The notes: generated by a model not told the origin, from the letters alone. Counted from the stretch's first letter, positions 1-10,121 are shown. The stretch is 64,000 nucleotides of DNA from Pseudomonadota bacterium (GCA_043818055.1 JBDRGF010000141.1:1-64000); one strand, 5' to 3'. Program-made: numbers and translations.

Positions 1-2
1 CG

Positions 3-215
3 CTTTGTAAAGAGGCATACGCTGAGGCTGTGAAGCTTGGGTTATCGGCTATGGATGCTTTACATGTTGTTGCCGCTGCCAGAGCTGGATCCAAAGAGTT
101 TGTTACTACAGAAGGAATAAATAAACCAATTCACAAGACAAGTTTGGTCAAAGTATCTCCATTAAAGGAGCTACCGCTGGAAATCAAAATCCAAAATGCG
201 AAAAACGCTCTTTGA
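3..215 (+). CDS. PIN-domain (VapC-like) protein, 5'-truncated by the window edge
   Basis: Frame is open from position 3. LSAMDALHVVAA..AG..EFVTTE matches the C-terminal PIN-domain motif (DALH..A...FxT). Confidence 0.7.
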   Translation, partial: LCKEAYAEAVKLGLSAMDALHVVAAARAGSKEFVTTEGINKPIHKTSLVKVSPLKELPLEIKIQNAKNAL

Positions 216-2228
216 TCAGGATATTGTTGCAGCTGTTTTGAGTGCAATTGTTTCAGGTTCCCTCTCCGGCGATCTGCCGACTATCAAAAGAAAAGCTGCG
301 AGCAGGGCAACTCCGATGGGATATAGATAAATACTTCCAACCCCCATCGCCGCGGGGAGATATCCGAACAATGCAGCGACTATCATGCATATGATGGCAT
401 AAGGCATCTGAGTCCTGACGTGATCGATATGATTGCATGATGAAGCCATCGAAGAGAGGATCGTCGTATCAGAAATTGGAGAGCAGTGATCTCCAAAGAT
501 TGCGCCGTCGAGCACTGCCCCCAAAGACATAACGAAGATCACCGGGTTGCCGAGCGTGTAGGCAAGAGGTGCGACAGTTGGAAGCAATAATCCCATAGTT
601 CCGAATGAAGTTCCGGTCGCGAATGCAACACCTGCTGAGAGCAGGAAGATTACGAGCGGTATGAATATGGGATCAAAGGAATCCTTTACTAGCGATGATA
701 AAAAGAGAGCTGTTCCGAGGTCATCGCAAACCTGACGAATCGACCATGCTAAAACTAATATAGCCGCTGCGGGAAGGATCTTCCATCCGCCGATCCATGC
801 AAGTGCTATTTCTTTCGGAGATAAAATCTTCTGGGATAGGACAAGCGTTGATGCGATGAGAGAGCCAAAACAGGCAGCCATGAACATGATGAGAAAGAGA
901 GAGTTTCCATCTCCTCCGATTCGCATAAAAGATTCCTGCCACGATGCCAAACTTGTGATATTGAATGTCATCCCAGCTTCCCGAATGAGCGTCGATCCGC
1001 GGTAGAGAATTCCCCCGAGAACGAATGCTATCACCGAGAATACCGGTATGCCTGCGTTATACCATCTTTCAGGGGTTCCGGGCTTGACGTTTGTGACTTC
1101 CAGCAGTTTATCAATTTTTGGATGAGTAGTCGGTTCAGATACCTCGCCTTTTAAAAACGCTCGTCTTTCCGCTTTGAGCATCGGTCCAAAATCTCTTCTC
1201 ATGATCGAAACCATGAAGACAAAGATGATTGTGAATATACAATAAAACCTGAAAGGGATTGCCTGAAGAAAGAGGGCATAACCACTAGTTGAAATACCTA
1301 AAAATTCGCTCACTTTGTGGATCTGATCGACTTCAAAGCCGATCCATGTCGAGATGAGAGCAAGACCGGCTAGCGGTGCGGTCGTTGAATCCACTATATA
1401 AGAGAGCTTTTCGCGACTCACTCTCATTTTGTCTGTGAAGCTTCTCATCGTGGTGCCGACAACTATCGCGTTCGTATAATCATCGAAGAATATCGCTGTT
1501 CCCAGGCACGAGGCCGATACACAGGCGGTGCGGGCGCTCTTTGCGATTTTGGTGATCTGATTGACCACGCCTGCCATGCCTCCACCGCGGTTGATGATGT
1601 TGACCATTCCGACGAGTATGAATACGAAGCCTAAGATTAACAGGCTGAATTCTCCGATGAAATTTCCCCAGATGTATTTGGTGGCACCATAATAAGCTGC
1701 TTTGAATGGGTTCCAGCTGTAGTTAAGCATTGCGCCAAGCCATATTGCCAGCGAAAGAGATAGGAGGGTTTTTCTCAGGCATATTGCGAGGATAATTGCG
1801 AAAAGGGGTGGAAGAAGTGATGTCCAGTTGCCTATCGGTTTGGAATTGCTGGAGAGCTCTATCTCTTCCCCATCGCTTGTGATGTGGGTTTCAATTGATA
1901 GTCTGTTTTCCATATCTGTAAAGGTGACAGCTAGGTTTGATTTTGATCTTTGATCTAATGTTATCTTCCCGGACTGAGTGAACAGCTGATTGAAGAGATT
2001 TAGATATTTTTCCTCTCCGTTGAATTGCAGTTTTGTAGATGCGATGCCATTGTCCTCGAGTGAATCTGCCGCCGAGGAAATAGCGTTTCTCATCATATTC
2101 GTCGCCGACAACTTTCTCAAATATGACCCATCTCCTTCAAGCTGGGAGGCGAGTGCAAAGACAAGAGCTGTGGCCACGATTGTGATTATGATGTTTCTTT
2201 TTTTCATGGGCGTGTTTGATTGCACCAA
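216..2228 (-). CDS. Na+/H+ antiporter NhaC family membrane protein with an N-terminal extension (start may be 2207)
   Basis: WTSLLPPLFAI, FFDDYTNAIVVG, SREKLSYIVDST, GTSFGTMG, GAIFGDHCSPISDTT and HVRTQMPYA are NhaC-family motifs. Confidence 0.88.
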   Translation of the reverse strand: MVQSNTPMKKRNIIITIVATALVFALASQLEGDGSYLRKLSATNMMRNAISSAADSLEDNGIASTKLQFNGEEKYLNLFNQLFTQSGKITLDQRSKSNLAVTFTDMENRLSIETHITSDGEEIELSSNSKPIGNWTSLLPPLFAIILAICLRKTLLSLSLAIWLGAMLNYSWNPFKAAYYGATKYIWGNFIGEFSLLILGFVFILVGMVNIINRGGGMAGVVNQITKIAKSARTACVSASCLGTAIFFDDYTNAIVVGTTMRSFTDKMRVSREKLSYIVDSTTAPLAGLALISTWIGFEVDQIHKVSEFLGISTSGYALFLQAIPFRFYCIFTIIFVFMVSIMRRDFGPMLKAERRAFLKGEVSEPTTHPKIDKLLEVTNVKPGTPERWYNAGIPVFSVIAFVLGGILYRGSTLIREAGMTFNITSLASWQESFMRIGGDGNSLFLIMFMAACFGSLIASTLVLSQKILSPKEIALAWIGGWKILPAAAILVLAWSIRQVCDDLGTALFLSSLVKDSFDPIFIPLVIFLLSAGVAFATGTSFGTMGLLLPTVAPLAYTLGNPVIFVMSLGAVLDGAIFGDHCSPISDTTILSSMASSCNHIDHVRTQMPYAIICMIVAALFGYLPAAMGVGSIYLYPIGVALLAAFLLIVGRSPEREPETIALKTAATIS

Positions 2229-2330
2229 TCGGGCATAAAAATCAAGCCTCTTTCGTATCCAGGAAATAGTTTTTTTATGAAATAGCCCCTTTACGATTAT
2301 GAATAAATTAGTGTATAAAGGCTTTCAATT

Positions 2331-3995
2331 ATGAAGGTTTATCTAAAAACATCGGTGCTCACTTACGTTCTGTTTATCTCCGTCTTTTTTTGCTCTGAGA
2401 CTGGTTTTGCGGCAGTTTCCGGGGAGGCAGGGCCTATGATCGGTCTTGTCAATCAGACGAAGGTAGAGAATGTATTGATACGGGCTACGCCTCTTTTGAA
2501 GAAATTCTATATGGAGAACGGGTATCAGCCAGCCTGGAGGCTCGAGTCCGACTCATCTCAGGCAAAAGCACTGTTGTCGGTTTTAAAGGGTGCATCCGAT
2601 GTCGGTCTGAATCCTGAAGTTTATCACACAAAGGAGATAGAGGCTCTGTTGACTGGTGTCGAGGGGGAGGGAAATCTTGCCGATTCCAAGGTTTTGCCCC
2701 AGCTCGATCTTCTGCTTACGGATGCCTTTTTTCTGTATGCATCGAATATCGATTTTGGCCTCGTGAATATCTACTCTGTTGAGCCCGTCTGGTTTCATAA
2801 TAGCTCTGAGATCGATTTTGTTAAGATTTTAAATGATGCCCTGGATTCCAACTCTGTCAAGGAAACCCTGATCGGTTTGGCCCCATCGAACAACGCTCAA
2901 TATCAGGCGATGCTCAGGGCACTGAATTACTATAAGGAAATCGCGTTGAGGGGCGGATGGCCTAAAATTCCTGAGGGCAAAAAGGGTGCAAAAATTAAAA
3001 TAGGAGCTCAGAGCGGAAGTATCGTGGCTTTAAGACGGCGTCTTGAGGTTACAGGGGAGCTCGATAGCAGATTGGCCGATCCGAATGCTCTCATTGAGGA
3101 ATTATATGATGAAGAGCTAATGAATGCCGTGATGAGATTTCAGGAGAGTCATGGTCTGATTCCTGATGGAATCGTCGGGGATTCGACTTTAGCCGCTTTG
3201 AACATCTCTGTTGAGGGGAGAATATGTCAGCTCATGATCAATCTGGACAGGGTGCGTTTTCTGAGCAACGAAATCAAGGATGGTAATTATTTTCTTGTGA
3301 ACATCCCCGATTTCAAGGTCAGCGTATTTGAAGATGGTAAAGTCATACTGAAGCATAAGATTATCGTTGGCAGAAAGAGCCGTCCCACACCATTCCTAGC
3401 CGACGAGCTCACGCACGTAATATTTAGCCCGAAGTGGCATGTCCCTGAGACGATCCTTCTTGAGGATAAAATTCCCGCGTTAAAAAAGAATCCGGATTTC
3501 TTAAGGCGCAATAATATGAAGATGTATGAGGGATTTGGTAAGGACGCCCATCAGGTAGATCCAAGTGAAGTGAATCTCGACGAGATACGGAAGGGGAATA
3601 TCCAGTATTCGATAGTGCAGGGACCCGGCGCGCACAACGCCCTGGGTGGTGTCAAATTCATGTTTCCAAATAAACACGATGTCTATTTGCACGATACCCC
3701 GGGCAAGGGTCTTTTTAATAATTCTGTGAGGTTGTTCAGCTCCGGCTGCATGCGAGTTGAGAACGCGCCTTTCATTGCCCAATATCTTTTAAAGGACAAA
3801 GATGGCTGGGACATGGAGAAGATAAAAAAATCGATGAGGCTTCCCAGCGAACTCTATGTCTATCTCGATAAGAAGATACCAATTTACGTGATCTACCTCA
3901 CCGCATGGGTCGATGAAAACGGCACCGTTCAGTTCAGACGGGATTACTACGATATCGATAACGGGTTGAAGGGGATGTTTTGTTCTGGGGTTTGA
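2331..3995 (+). CDS. ycbB: L,D-transpeptidase, YcbB/LdtD type (scaffold + PG-binding + YkuD domains)
   Basis: Signal peptide; AVMRFQESHGLIPDGIVG (PG-binding); VNIPDF; NALGGVKFMFPN; catalytic YLHDTP...SSGCMRV. Confidence 0.9.
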   Translation: MKVYLKTSVLTYVLFISVFFCSETGFAAVSGEAGPMIGLVNQTKVENVLIRATPLLKKFYMENGYQPAWRLESDSSQAKALLSVLKGASDVGLNPEVYHTKEIEALLTGVEGEGNLADSKVLPQLDLLLTDAFFLYASNIDFGLVNIYSVEPVWFHNSSEIDFVKILNDALDSNSVKETLIGLAPSNNAQYQAMLRALNYYKEIALRGGWPKIPEGKKGAKIKIGAQSGSIVALRRRLEVTGELDSRLADPNALIEELYDEELMNAVMRFQESHGLIPDGIVGDSTLAALNISVEGRICQLMINLDRVRFLSNEIKDGNYFLVNIPDFKVSVFEDGKVILKHKIIVGRKSRPTPFLADELTHVIFSPKWHVPETILLEDKIPALKKNPDFLRRNNMKMYEGFGKDAHQVDPSEVNLDEIRKGNIQYSIVQGPGAHNALGGVKFMFPNKHDVYLHDTPGKGLFNNSVRLFSSGCMRVENAPFIAQYLLKDKDGWDMEKIKKSMRLPSELYVYLDKKIPIYVIYLTAWVDENGTVQFRRDYYDIDNGLKGMFCSGV

Positions 3996-4028
3996 TTTTG
4001 TACTTTCTTTCTGCTTGTTACTTCAAAC

Positions 4029-4961
4029 TTACTTCTTCTTCCTATAAAACTCATTCGATCTCACCTGAAGATGTTCGAAGCCGGCGGGGGCGGGGATTGT
4101 TATGCGGTATTTGCCAAAGGCTGTGTTTTGATCCGGTTTCCATGCGCCGGTCCATGCTTCGCCGGGTTTGAATGATTTGCTCTTGGGAGAGTTTAGCTCT
4201 TCCACCACTTTCCATTTTCCTCTCCGAAAGATTTCAAGGCGGGGGGATCTTTCGATCTTTTTTGAAGTTCTTGTGATATTGTCGATCACATATGTGATCT
4301 CTTCATCAGGGAGATAAATGTTGCGGTCTGTGTATGCTTCCCAGATCGTTCCTTTTCTGAAGGCGATGAGCAAACGTCCCTTTTTGTCCGGTTTATCCCA
4401 GTATCTCACATCGCCGGTATCGACGTGAACGAAGTCGTGGGCAGGATACAAGCCGACACCTCCGATTTTGAGATTTTTAGTATATTCTGAAATCATCTCT
4501 TCAGTGACTTCGTCGATATGAATATCGGCAGCGATACCGTCCATATGAAGGCTGAACTCCGCAGCGTCCACACCATTTTTCCTTAAATTGTTATTGTGAT
4601 TTGGACTCCTGTATCCCGAGATCAGTTCAATTGCCTCCGCGTTGAAGTGATCCTGCAGATGGTCTAGCATTTCGATCAGTTCAATGTCTATTTTGTGCGT
4701 CTTGTTGTCAGAGCGGGATCGGAAGATAGTGACTATCCTTTCAAGCTCTTTGAAATTATATTTGTCGCCTTTGCGGTATGTTGCGTCGAGTGTTTCGTTG
4801 AGGCCGTAGCTATAGATTGTGATCTTTCCGTCGCCGGAGGGGAAGGTCGTTTTGATCTTTTTGGTTGGATAGTCGTATGTGTTCTTGCCTGATTCACCAT
4901 GCGCTGACGAAGTTAGTGTCATCGCTAAAATTAAGAACGCTATCGCTAATTTGTAGTTCAT
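4029..4961 (-). CDS. YcbK/MepK (DUF882, peptidase M15) with a C-terminal Ig-like extension
   Basis: ISGYRSP.HN..LR, SLHMDGIAADI and GGVGLYP..DFVHVDTG motifs; signal peptide. Confidence 0.88.
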   Translation of the reverse strand: MNYKLAIAFLILAMTLTSSAHGESGKNTYDYPTKKIKTTFPSGDGKITIYSYGLNETLDATYRKGDKYNFKELERIVTIFRSRSDNKTHKIDIELIEMLDHLQDHFNAEAIELISGYRSPNHNNNLRKNGVDAAEFSLHMDGIAADIHIDEVTEEMISEYTKNLKIGGVGLYPAHDFVHVDTGDVRYWDKPDKKGRLLIAFRKGTIWEAYTDRNIYLPDEEITYVIDNITRTSKKIERSPRLEIFRRGKWKVVEELNSPKSKSFKPGEAWTGAWKPDQNTAFGKYRITIPAPAGFEHLQVRSNEFYRKKK

Positions 4962-4977
4962 CTTCCCTCCCGAAAGT

Positions 4978-6327
4978 TCATTGTTTAGCTTTTGTTATCT
5001 TCACAGAGCCGCTTGACGTCTGGATTTTGACCTCGTGTGTTCCTTTTCCGACTTTTGCATAGATCGAATTATTATCTATTGTGGCATCGAAGTTTACCCT
5101 GATATCGCCGGAAGATGTCTCGCCATCCAATGTGAAATCGAAATCATTTGCAAGTGTTAAATTAACGTCCCCGCTAGAGCTGTCTATTTCTATATTTCCC
5201 CTGAGCTTTGAAAGTTTGATATCTCCGCTCGTCGATTCTATGTCAACATCTCCACTGACGTCATCTATTATTAAATCCCCGCTTATATTTTCAGCTTCGA
5301 TTTTCCCTTTTACGTTATTGATTTCGATCTCGCTGCTCACTGCGTTGATTTTTGCATCGCCGATGATGTTTTTGATTTTCGACCCACCGCTGACAAGTCC
5401 GATGTCAATATCGTCTTCGATGTCTCTTATGTTGATCTCTCCACTGACACAGTCGGCGTTGACAGGACCTTTGATATCAGAGATTTCAATATTGCCCGAT
5501 ACTGATCCTGCATTCGCGCTGAATTTCTTTGGAAGCTCCATCGTGATGTCCACCCAGTAGCTGATTTTGTTTTTGATAAAGGATTCGGGATATTTTACGT
5601 CTATTTTTAAATTTTTTCCGTCGATCTTCTGAACGACCTCGGTTTCCTTGAGCAATTCATTGATGTCCCGGTTGGTCTCCTTGCTGATATATTTGATCGC
5701 CGTCATCTGGACATCATCTCGATCCGTTCCTCTTATAACGATGTCTCCAACGGGATTAGAGATTTCAATATTGTCAGTAGAATTGTTTATTTTGATGACG
5801 TTTTCAACCTTCACCTTTTCGTGATACTTATTCTTATCGATCTCTGGAAGGTTTTTCAGGTCTATGAGGCTTCCAATCCTGATGCCGGAGTCGTTGATCC
5901 GGATCGAACCTCCCAGTGCGCTTATTCCCTTTTTGTCGATGGTTACGAGGTTTCCCTCCTTTGTGATAGCATTGATAACGGGAACCGAAATTCTATAGAT
6001 GAGATACCCTGTCAGCAACCCAAAGAAGAGGATGAGCCCGGAAATTATAAGAAGTACATTTCTCACCGTATGTTTTTTTGCAGGTGGCGCGAATCCTCTT
6101 TGCTCGGAATAGTGTCTGGCCAGCTCGTCAGATGTACCGAGCTTATCAAAGACCCGATCGAGAGATTCGTTGTCGAATTTCCCATCTGATTCATTCTGCC
6201 AGCTCTCCTCGATGTGAGACTGGATCTCCTCAACTATCTCGTGTCTTTCGGTAGCCGGTAGATGTTTTAATGACTTGGATAATTTGTAGAGATATTTTCT
6301 TACTCTTCTGTTTGTCGGCATTTTCAT
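4978..6327 (-). CDS. HAAS (DUF1700-like) + TM + DUF4097 beta-strand-repeat protein
   Basis: N-terminal YL..L...L..LP..ER.EIVEEIQSHI...LG; one TM segment; repeated SG(D/E)I units; overlaps the padR stop codon. Confidence 0.82.
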   Translation of the reverse strand: MKMPTNRRVRKYLYKLSKSLKHLPATERHEIVEEIQSHIEESWQNESDGKFDNESLDRVFDKLGTSDELARHYSEQRGFAPPAKKHTVRNVLLIISGLILFFGLLTGYLIYRISVPVINAITKEGNLVTIDKKGISALGGSIRINDSGIRIGSLIDLKNLPEIDKNKYHEKVKVENVIKINNSTDNIEISNPVGDIVIRGTDRDDVQMTAIKYISKETNRDINELLKETEVVQKIDGKNLKIDVKYPESFIKNKISYWVDITMELPKKFSANAGSVSGNIEISDIKGPVNADCVSGEINIRDIEDDIDIGLVSGGSKIKNIIGDAKINAVSSEIEINNVKGKIEAENISGDLIIDDVSGDVDIESTSGDIKLSKLRGNIEIDSSSGDVNLTLANDFDFTLDGETSSGDIRVNFDATIDNNSIYAKVGKGTHEVKIQTSSGSVKITKAKQ

Positions 6328-6671
6328 TTCTTTCCTCCTTTGCCTGAGTTGATTATTTTATCAACATTTTTGATGAACGAATACCACGCTTCGTTTAGTG
6401 ACTTGCAAACTTTGCGGCCTTTTTCACTCAGGGAATAATATTTTCTCTGTCTGCCTTGTTCCGACTCGATCCATTCTGTGAAGACGAGTCCTTCCGCTTT
6501 GAGGCGGGAGAGGATAGGGTAGATCGTCCCCTCTGTGAGCGCGATCTCTTCATTCTCCTCAAGAGATTTTACGATTTCGAGCCCGTATCCCGTCTTCTCC
6601 TGCAGGATGTTGAGAATGATCATCTCCGAGATTCCCTTCTTAAGCTGTGTTTTCCAGTTATCGACATTCAT
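6324..6671 (-). CDS. PadR family transcriptional regulator
   Basis: QLKKG...IL, YG.EI, EGTIYPILSRL, RKYYSLSEKG. ATG at 6671 chosen because GGAGG lies 8 nt upstream. Confidence 0.92.
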   Translation of the reverse strand: MNVDNWKTQLKKGISEMIILNILQEKTGYGLEIVKSLEENEEIALTEGTIYPILSRLKAEGLVFTEWIESEQGRQRKYYSLSEKGRKVCKSLNEAWYSFIKNVDKIINSGKGGKK

Positions 6672-6682
6672 TTTTATCACCT

Positions 6683-6742
6683 CCTATGTAATGACCTATA
6701 TAGTGTGCGGCACGATATATTGTATAACAAGGTATGTGTCAA
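6683..6742 (-). promoter_or_regulatory. padR sigma70 promoter with overlapping imperfect palindromes (probable PadR operators)
   Basis: Minus strand reads TTGACA-17-TATATC. The imperfect palindrome TACCTTGTTATACAATATA (6716-6734) is followed by related weaker copies. Confidence 0.55.
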
Positions 6743-6819
6743 TACATAATTTCAAAGTAAACTTATTTTTTATCATACTAGGTTATTATTTTGAATTAAT
6801 TGTAATCACTGGTATATTA

Positions 6820-6868
6820 CTAGCGGATAGCGGATAGTAAAACCTAAACGCTCTACGCTATCCGCTAG
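6820..6868. repeat. Heptamer-based inverted repeat (TAGCGGA)n...(TCCGCTA)
   Basis: CTAGCGGATAGCG (6820-6832) and CGCTATCCGCTAG (6856-6868) form a perfect 13-bp IR. Confidence 0.7.
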
Positions 6869-6883
6869 TAAAGGGGGGGGGTA

Positions 6884-7888
6884 ATGAAAAAACTTCTATT
6901 CATAATAGTCTGTTTACTTCTAACAGCAGTGGCTTGTGCTCCGACGGTTAAGGTGAAGCGTTGGGCGGCGGCGAAGTATGATATCAAAGGGGTGAAAAAG
7001 GTCGGGTTTATGAATTTCAACACGCGCCTCAATGCGGGTACGAGGGCTGGTATGATCATCCCGGAGACGCTGGAAAAGGGGCTTGTCGAAAATGGATATT
7101 TCAAAGTCTCGTCCAGGATTCAGGATAGTTATGATGAGACGATAAAGATCGAAGGGATGGATCCCAAGGATATGCTGGTCGTTGGCGGAAAGCCGGATGT
7201 TGATGCCGTTGTAAGGGGTGAAGTCAGCGCATATCTTGTCGATAGCCAAAGATCTACAAAAACAGTGCAGCGCGAGGTGGTGAGCGGCTCTCGGACAGAA
7301 TACTACACGGAAAACGGTGTGCAGAAGACGAGAGAGGTTCCTGTAAAGGTGAAGAAGGATTTTATCGAACCTTATGTTGTGAAAAAGGCGTTGATAGATT
7401 TTTCAGTTGATGTTCAAAATGAAAAGGAGCGAAAGAGTATAGGTCAGGGACGTTTTAGGGATGAGAAATCGGAGGATGCCGTGGGGAACAGCGATATAGC
7501 GAGATTGTCCTCAGATGATTCTATGCTCAAATCTATTCTCAATGGTTTGACGAAGGCCTTTGTAAGTGAAATGGCCCCACACGAGGTGCGCTACACCATC
7601 AAGCTCGAAAAGGTTGAGCAATGCAAGGACTCCAACAAGCTCGCACAAAAGGGTCAGTGGGACGATGCTCTTAGCTGTTGGCAGGGAGTCTATCCCGAGA
7701 CCGCATCGACAAAGTATAATATCGGAGTTTTCTTTGAAGCGACGGGGGATTTCGAAGAGGCCTATAACTCTTATAGAGAAGCCATGCGGCTCGAGAACAA
7801 GCAATTCTATTTTCAGGCCGCCTCTCGTGCGAATGCCTACACTATCGATGCAAAAAAATTGCAAAGCCAGGTTGAAGGGGAGAAATGA
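6884..7888 (+). CDS. Lipoprotein with C-terminal TPR repeats
   Basis: Lipobox-like LTAVAC; C-terminal A...GQWDDA...W and YNIGVFFEATGDFEEA...Y..A TPR pattern. Confidence 0.7.
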   Translation: MKKLLFIIVCLLLTAVACAPTVKVKRWAAAKYDIKGVKKVGFMNFNTRLNAGTRAGMIIPETLEKGLVENGYFKVSSRIQDSYDETIKIEGMDPKDMLVVGGKPDVDAVVRGEVSAYLVDSQRSTKTVQREVVSGSRTEYYTENGVQKTREVPVKVKKDFIEPYVVKKALIDFSVDVQNEKERKSIGQGRFRDEKSEDAVGNSDIARLSSDDSMLKSILNGLTKAFVSEMAPHEVRYTIKLEKVEQCKDSNKLAQKGQWDDALSCWQGVYPETASTKYNIGVFFEATGDFEEAYNSYREAMRLENKQFYFQAASRANAYTIDAKKLQSQVEGEK

Positions 7889-9102
7889 TGAAGCGCAAAT
7901 TGTTGAAAGGCATCAATCGGTTGATCACGCTTTCAAAACCTGATGGGTTGGATGCGATTGATGATGCTGCCATTATAATAGAAGGGGGAAAGTTTTCATG
8001 GATCGGTCGTGAAAAGGATATCCCCAAATCAACAGATGATAATGAAGTTTTCAATCTCAAAGATGCGCTTGTCACCCCCGGCCTTATCGATTGTCATACG
8101 CATCTGGTGCACGCGGGCACTCGGCAAAACGAATACAACATGCGCTCTCATGGCATGTCATATTGGGATATAGCAAAAAAAGGCGGGGGGATACTCTCGA
8201 CAGTTAAGGCGACGCGCGAGATGGATGAAGAGAGCCTGTATGAAATTTCCGCAGCTCGTTTGCAAGACGCGATTTCAAATGGAATAACTACGATTGAAAT
8301 CAAAACAGGCTACGGTCTGGATGAAGCAAACGAAATAAAGATGGCGCGTGTTATCTCCCGATTAAAAAAGTCATTTCCAATTTCGATAAAATCTACATTC
8401 TTAGGCGCGCACATTCTGCCGCCAGAGTTCAAAGGAAAGAAGTCCGAATATATAAAACTTTTGACGGACAATGTTCTGCCGCGTCTTGTAAAAGAGAAAC
8501 TCGTAGATGCGTGCGATGTCTTTGTGGAAAAAGAGGCCTTTGACATGAATGATGCTATGAAAATTTGTGAGCGAGCGAAGGATTTGGGGCTAGACATACA
8601 TCTGCACGTCGATCAGTTTTCAGATTGTGATGGTGGAGTTCTTGCGGCGAAGGTGGGGGCGTTGAGTGCAGACCATCTTGATCACATATCGGGCAAGGGA
8701 ATTAAAGCTATGGTTGATGAGGGCATTGTTGGTGTGGTCTTGCCCGGCGCCTCTTTTTTTACAAACACCAAACGATATCCCCCGGTCAGAGAGATGATCG
8801 ATAGAGGTTTAAAGGTTGCAATTTCACCCGACTATAACCCCGGAACAAATCCATCATTAAATATCATCCTCACAGCGACGATCGCAGTCAGTCTGTTCGG
8901 AATGACGATAGATGAAGCGTGGAAGGGTATGACAATCAACGCGGCTCATGCCTTGGGGATTGCAAAAGAGACAGGCTCAATAGAAGCCGGCAAGCGAGCT
9001 GACCTTTTAGTTTTCGATGCACCTGATGAATTTTATCCTATCTATTCTTATGGAAAGAATCACATATCTAGAGTTATGATTAATGGAGCGTTTGTATCAT
9101 AA
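7885..9102 (+). CDS. hutI: Imidazolonepropionase
   Basis: PGLIDCHTHLV, GGGILSTVKATR, GITTIEIKTGYGL, TFLGAH, HVDQF, SADHL, DYNPG. Confidence 0.95.
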   Translation: MMKRKLLKGINRLITLSKPDGLDAIDDAAIIIEGGKFSWIGREKDIPKSTDDNEVFNLKDALVTPGLIDCHTHLVHAGTRQNEYNMRSHGMSYWDIAKKGGGILSTVKATREMDEESLYEISAARLQDAISNGITTIEIKTGYGLDEANEIKMARVISRLKKSFPISIKSTFLGAHILPPEFKGKKSEYIKLLTDNVLPRLVKEKLVDACDVFVEKEAFDMNDAMKICERAKDLGLDIHLHVDQFSDCDGGVLAAKVGALSADHLDHISGKGIKAMVDEGIVGVVLPGASFFTNTKRYPPVREMIDRGLKVAISPDYNPGTNPSLNIILTATIAVSLFGMTIDEAWKGMTINAAHALGIAKETGSIEAGKRADLLVFDAPDEFYPIYSYGKNHISRVMINGAFVS

Positions 9103-9132
9103 AAAAAGGCGGCTTGAGAAAGCCGCCCTTTT
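9103..9132. terminator. Bidirectional intrinsic terminator
   Basis: A-run, GGCGGCTT-gaga-AAGCCGCC stem-loop, then CTTTT, between convergent genes. Confidence 0.8.
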
Positions 9133-9148
9133 AGCTATGTTCATTATT

Positions 9149-10072
9149 TTACTTTTTTCTTTTAACCCTCCTTGTTCTGCGGACACTTCTCTTTTTTTGA
9201 GCCACCACTTTTACTTTTTGTCTTTCCGCCCTAAAGTTTAAGAGTCCAACTGCTGCGATCAAACTGAGAAGGATCAACAGGTTGGAATCGGAGTTAAATT
9301 TTATTCCTTTTGTGAGTGAACATTTTCCTCCGCCTCCATACTGTCGAATATCCAATTCACCACCCAACGATTGTGGTGTTGTTTCTGAAATGGCCTGCGA
9401 TCCTTCTGATGAAGATTGAGGTTCTTCATATGTTTTTGCCTCATCTGGCTTTTCAGCAGCTATCGGTTCTTGTTTCGTATCTTCAACAATTTTGGGAGCT
9501 GGAATGTCTTTGCATAGCTCTGGAATACAATTGTCGAAACATATTTGGTCTATTACACAATCATCTGGATGGCATCCCGGATTTGTCAGACATTGATCCG
9601 CACACGCCTTTTGACATTCATCTGTGATATCGACGTATCTGACTCCCGTTGAGGGATAAGGTATCGTTACAAATCTCTGATCTGTTGCAAGTATTCTGTA
9701 GGGATTTCCACCTGATACTTGTGCATCCATCCAGATATTCAAAATGCGATTATCAGAAGCATTGAAAACATCGCTAAGGTTTATATCTTTAAGATACTTT
9801 CCAGTATCCTGATCAATACGGAATTCATTGTCTATAAGAATTCTTCCATCTTGATCAGGATGCGCGTCAAAAATTTGAATAGATAATTGATTGGGCATTC
9901 TTTCTACCAACAGAACATCATCAAGGTTGATTTCAAGGTGCAAGATAAACTCTTTGTCTTGATTCGAAATGCTTGCATTCATGAAATTTACTGCCTGTGC
10001 GAGTGATAATTTAGGAATTATCATTATTCCTAAAAGTATTGTTGCGGTTAGCAGCCATTTGTTTCTTTTCAT
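9149..10072 (-). CDS. Secreted protein with a Cys-rich segment and a Gly-Gly-Cys/TM/basic C-terminal sorting-signal-like tail
   Basis: ATG at 10072 follows AAGGAGG. Signal peptide MKRNKWLL...AQA; 8-Cys cluster; C-terminal GGGGKCSL, then LLILLSLIAAVGLL, then an R/K-rich tail. Confidence 0.7.
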   Translation of the reverse strand: MKRNKWLLTATILLGIMIIPKLSLAQAVNFMNASISNQDKEFILHLEINLDDVLLVERMPNQLSIQIFDAHPDQDGRILIDNEFRIDQDTGKYLKDINLSDVFNASDNRILNIWMDAQVSGGNPYRILATDQRFVTIPYPSTGVRYVDITDECQKACADQCLTNPGCHPDDCVIDQICFDNCIPELCKDIPAPKIVEDTKQEPIAAEKPDEAKTYEEPQSSSEGSQAISETTPQSLGGELDIRQYGGGGKCSLTKGIKFNSDSNLLILLSLIAAVGLLNFRAERQKVKVVAQKKRSVRRTRRVKRKK

Positions 10073-10121
10073 AACGTCCCTCCTTGTTAGTGAATATGAA
10101 TGAACCACATCTTTAGGGAGA

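Noticed and set aside
6707..6723. CGGCACGATATATTGTA as a sigma54 promoter
   Set aside because: The -12 GC is absent; the site is better explained as part of the PadR operator palindromes.
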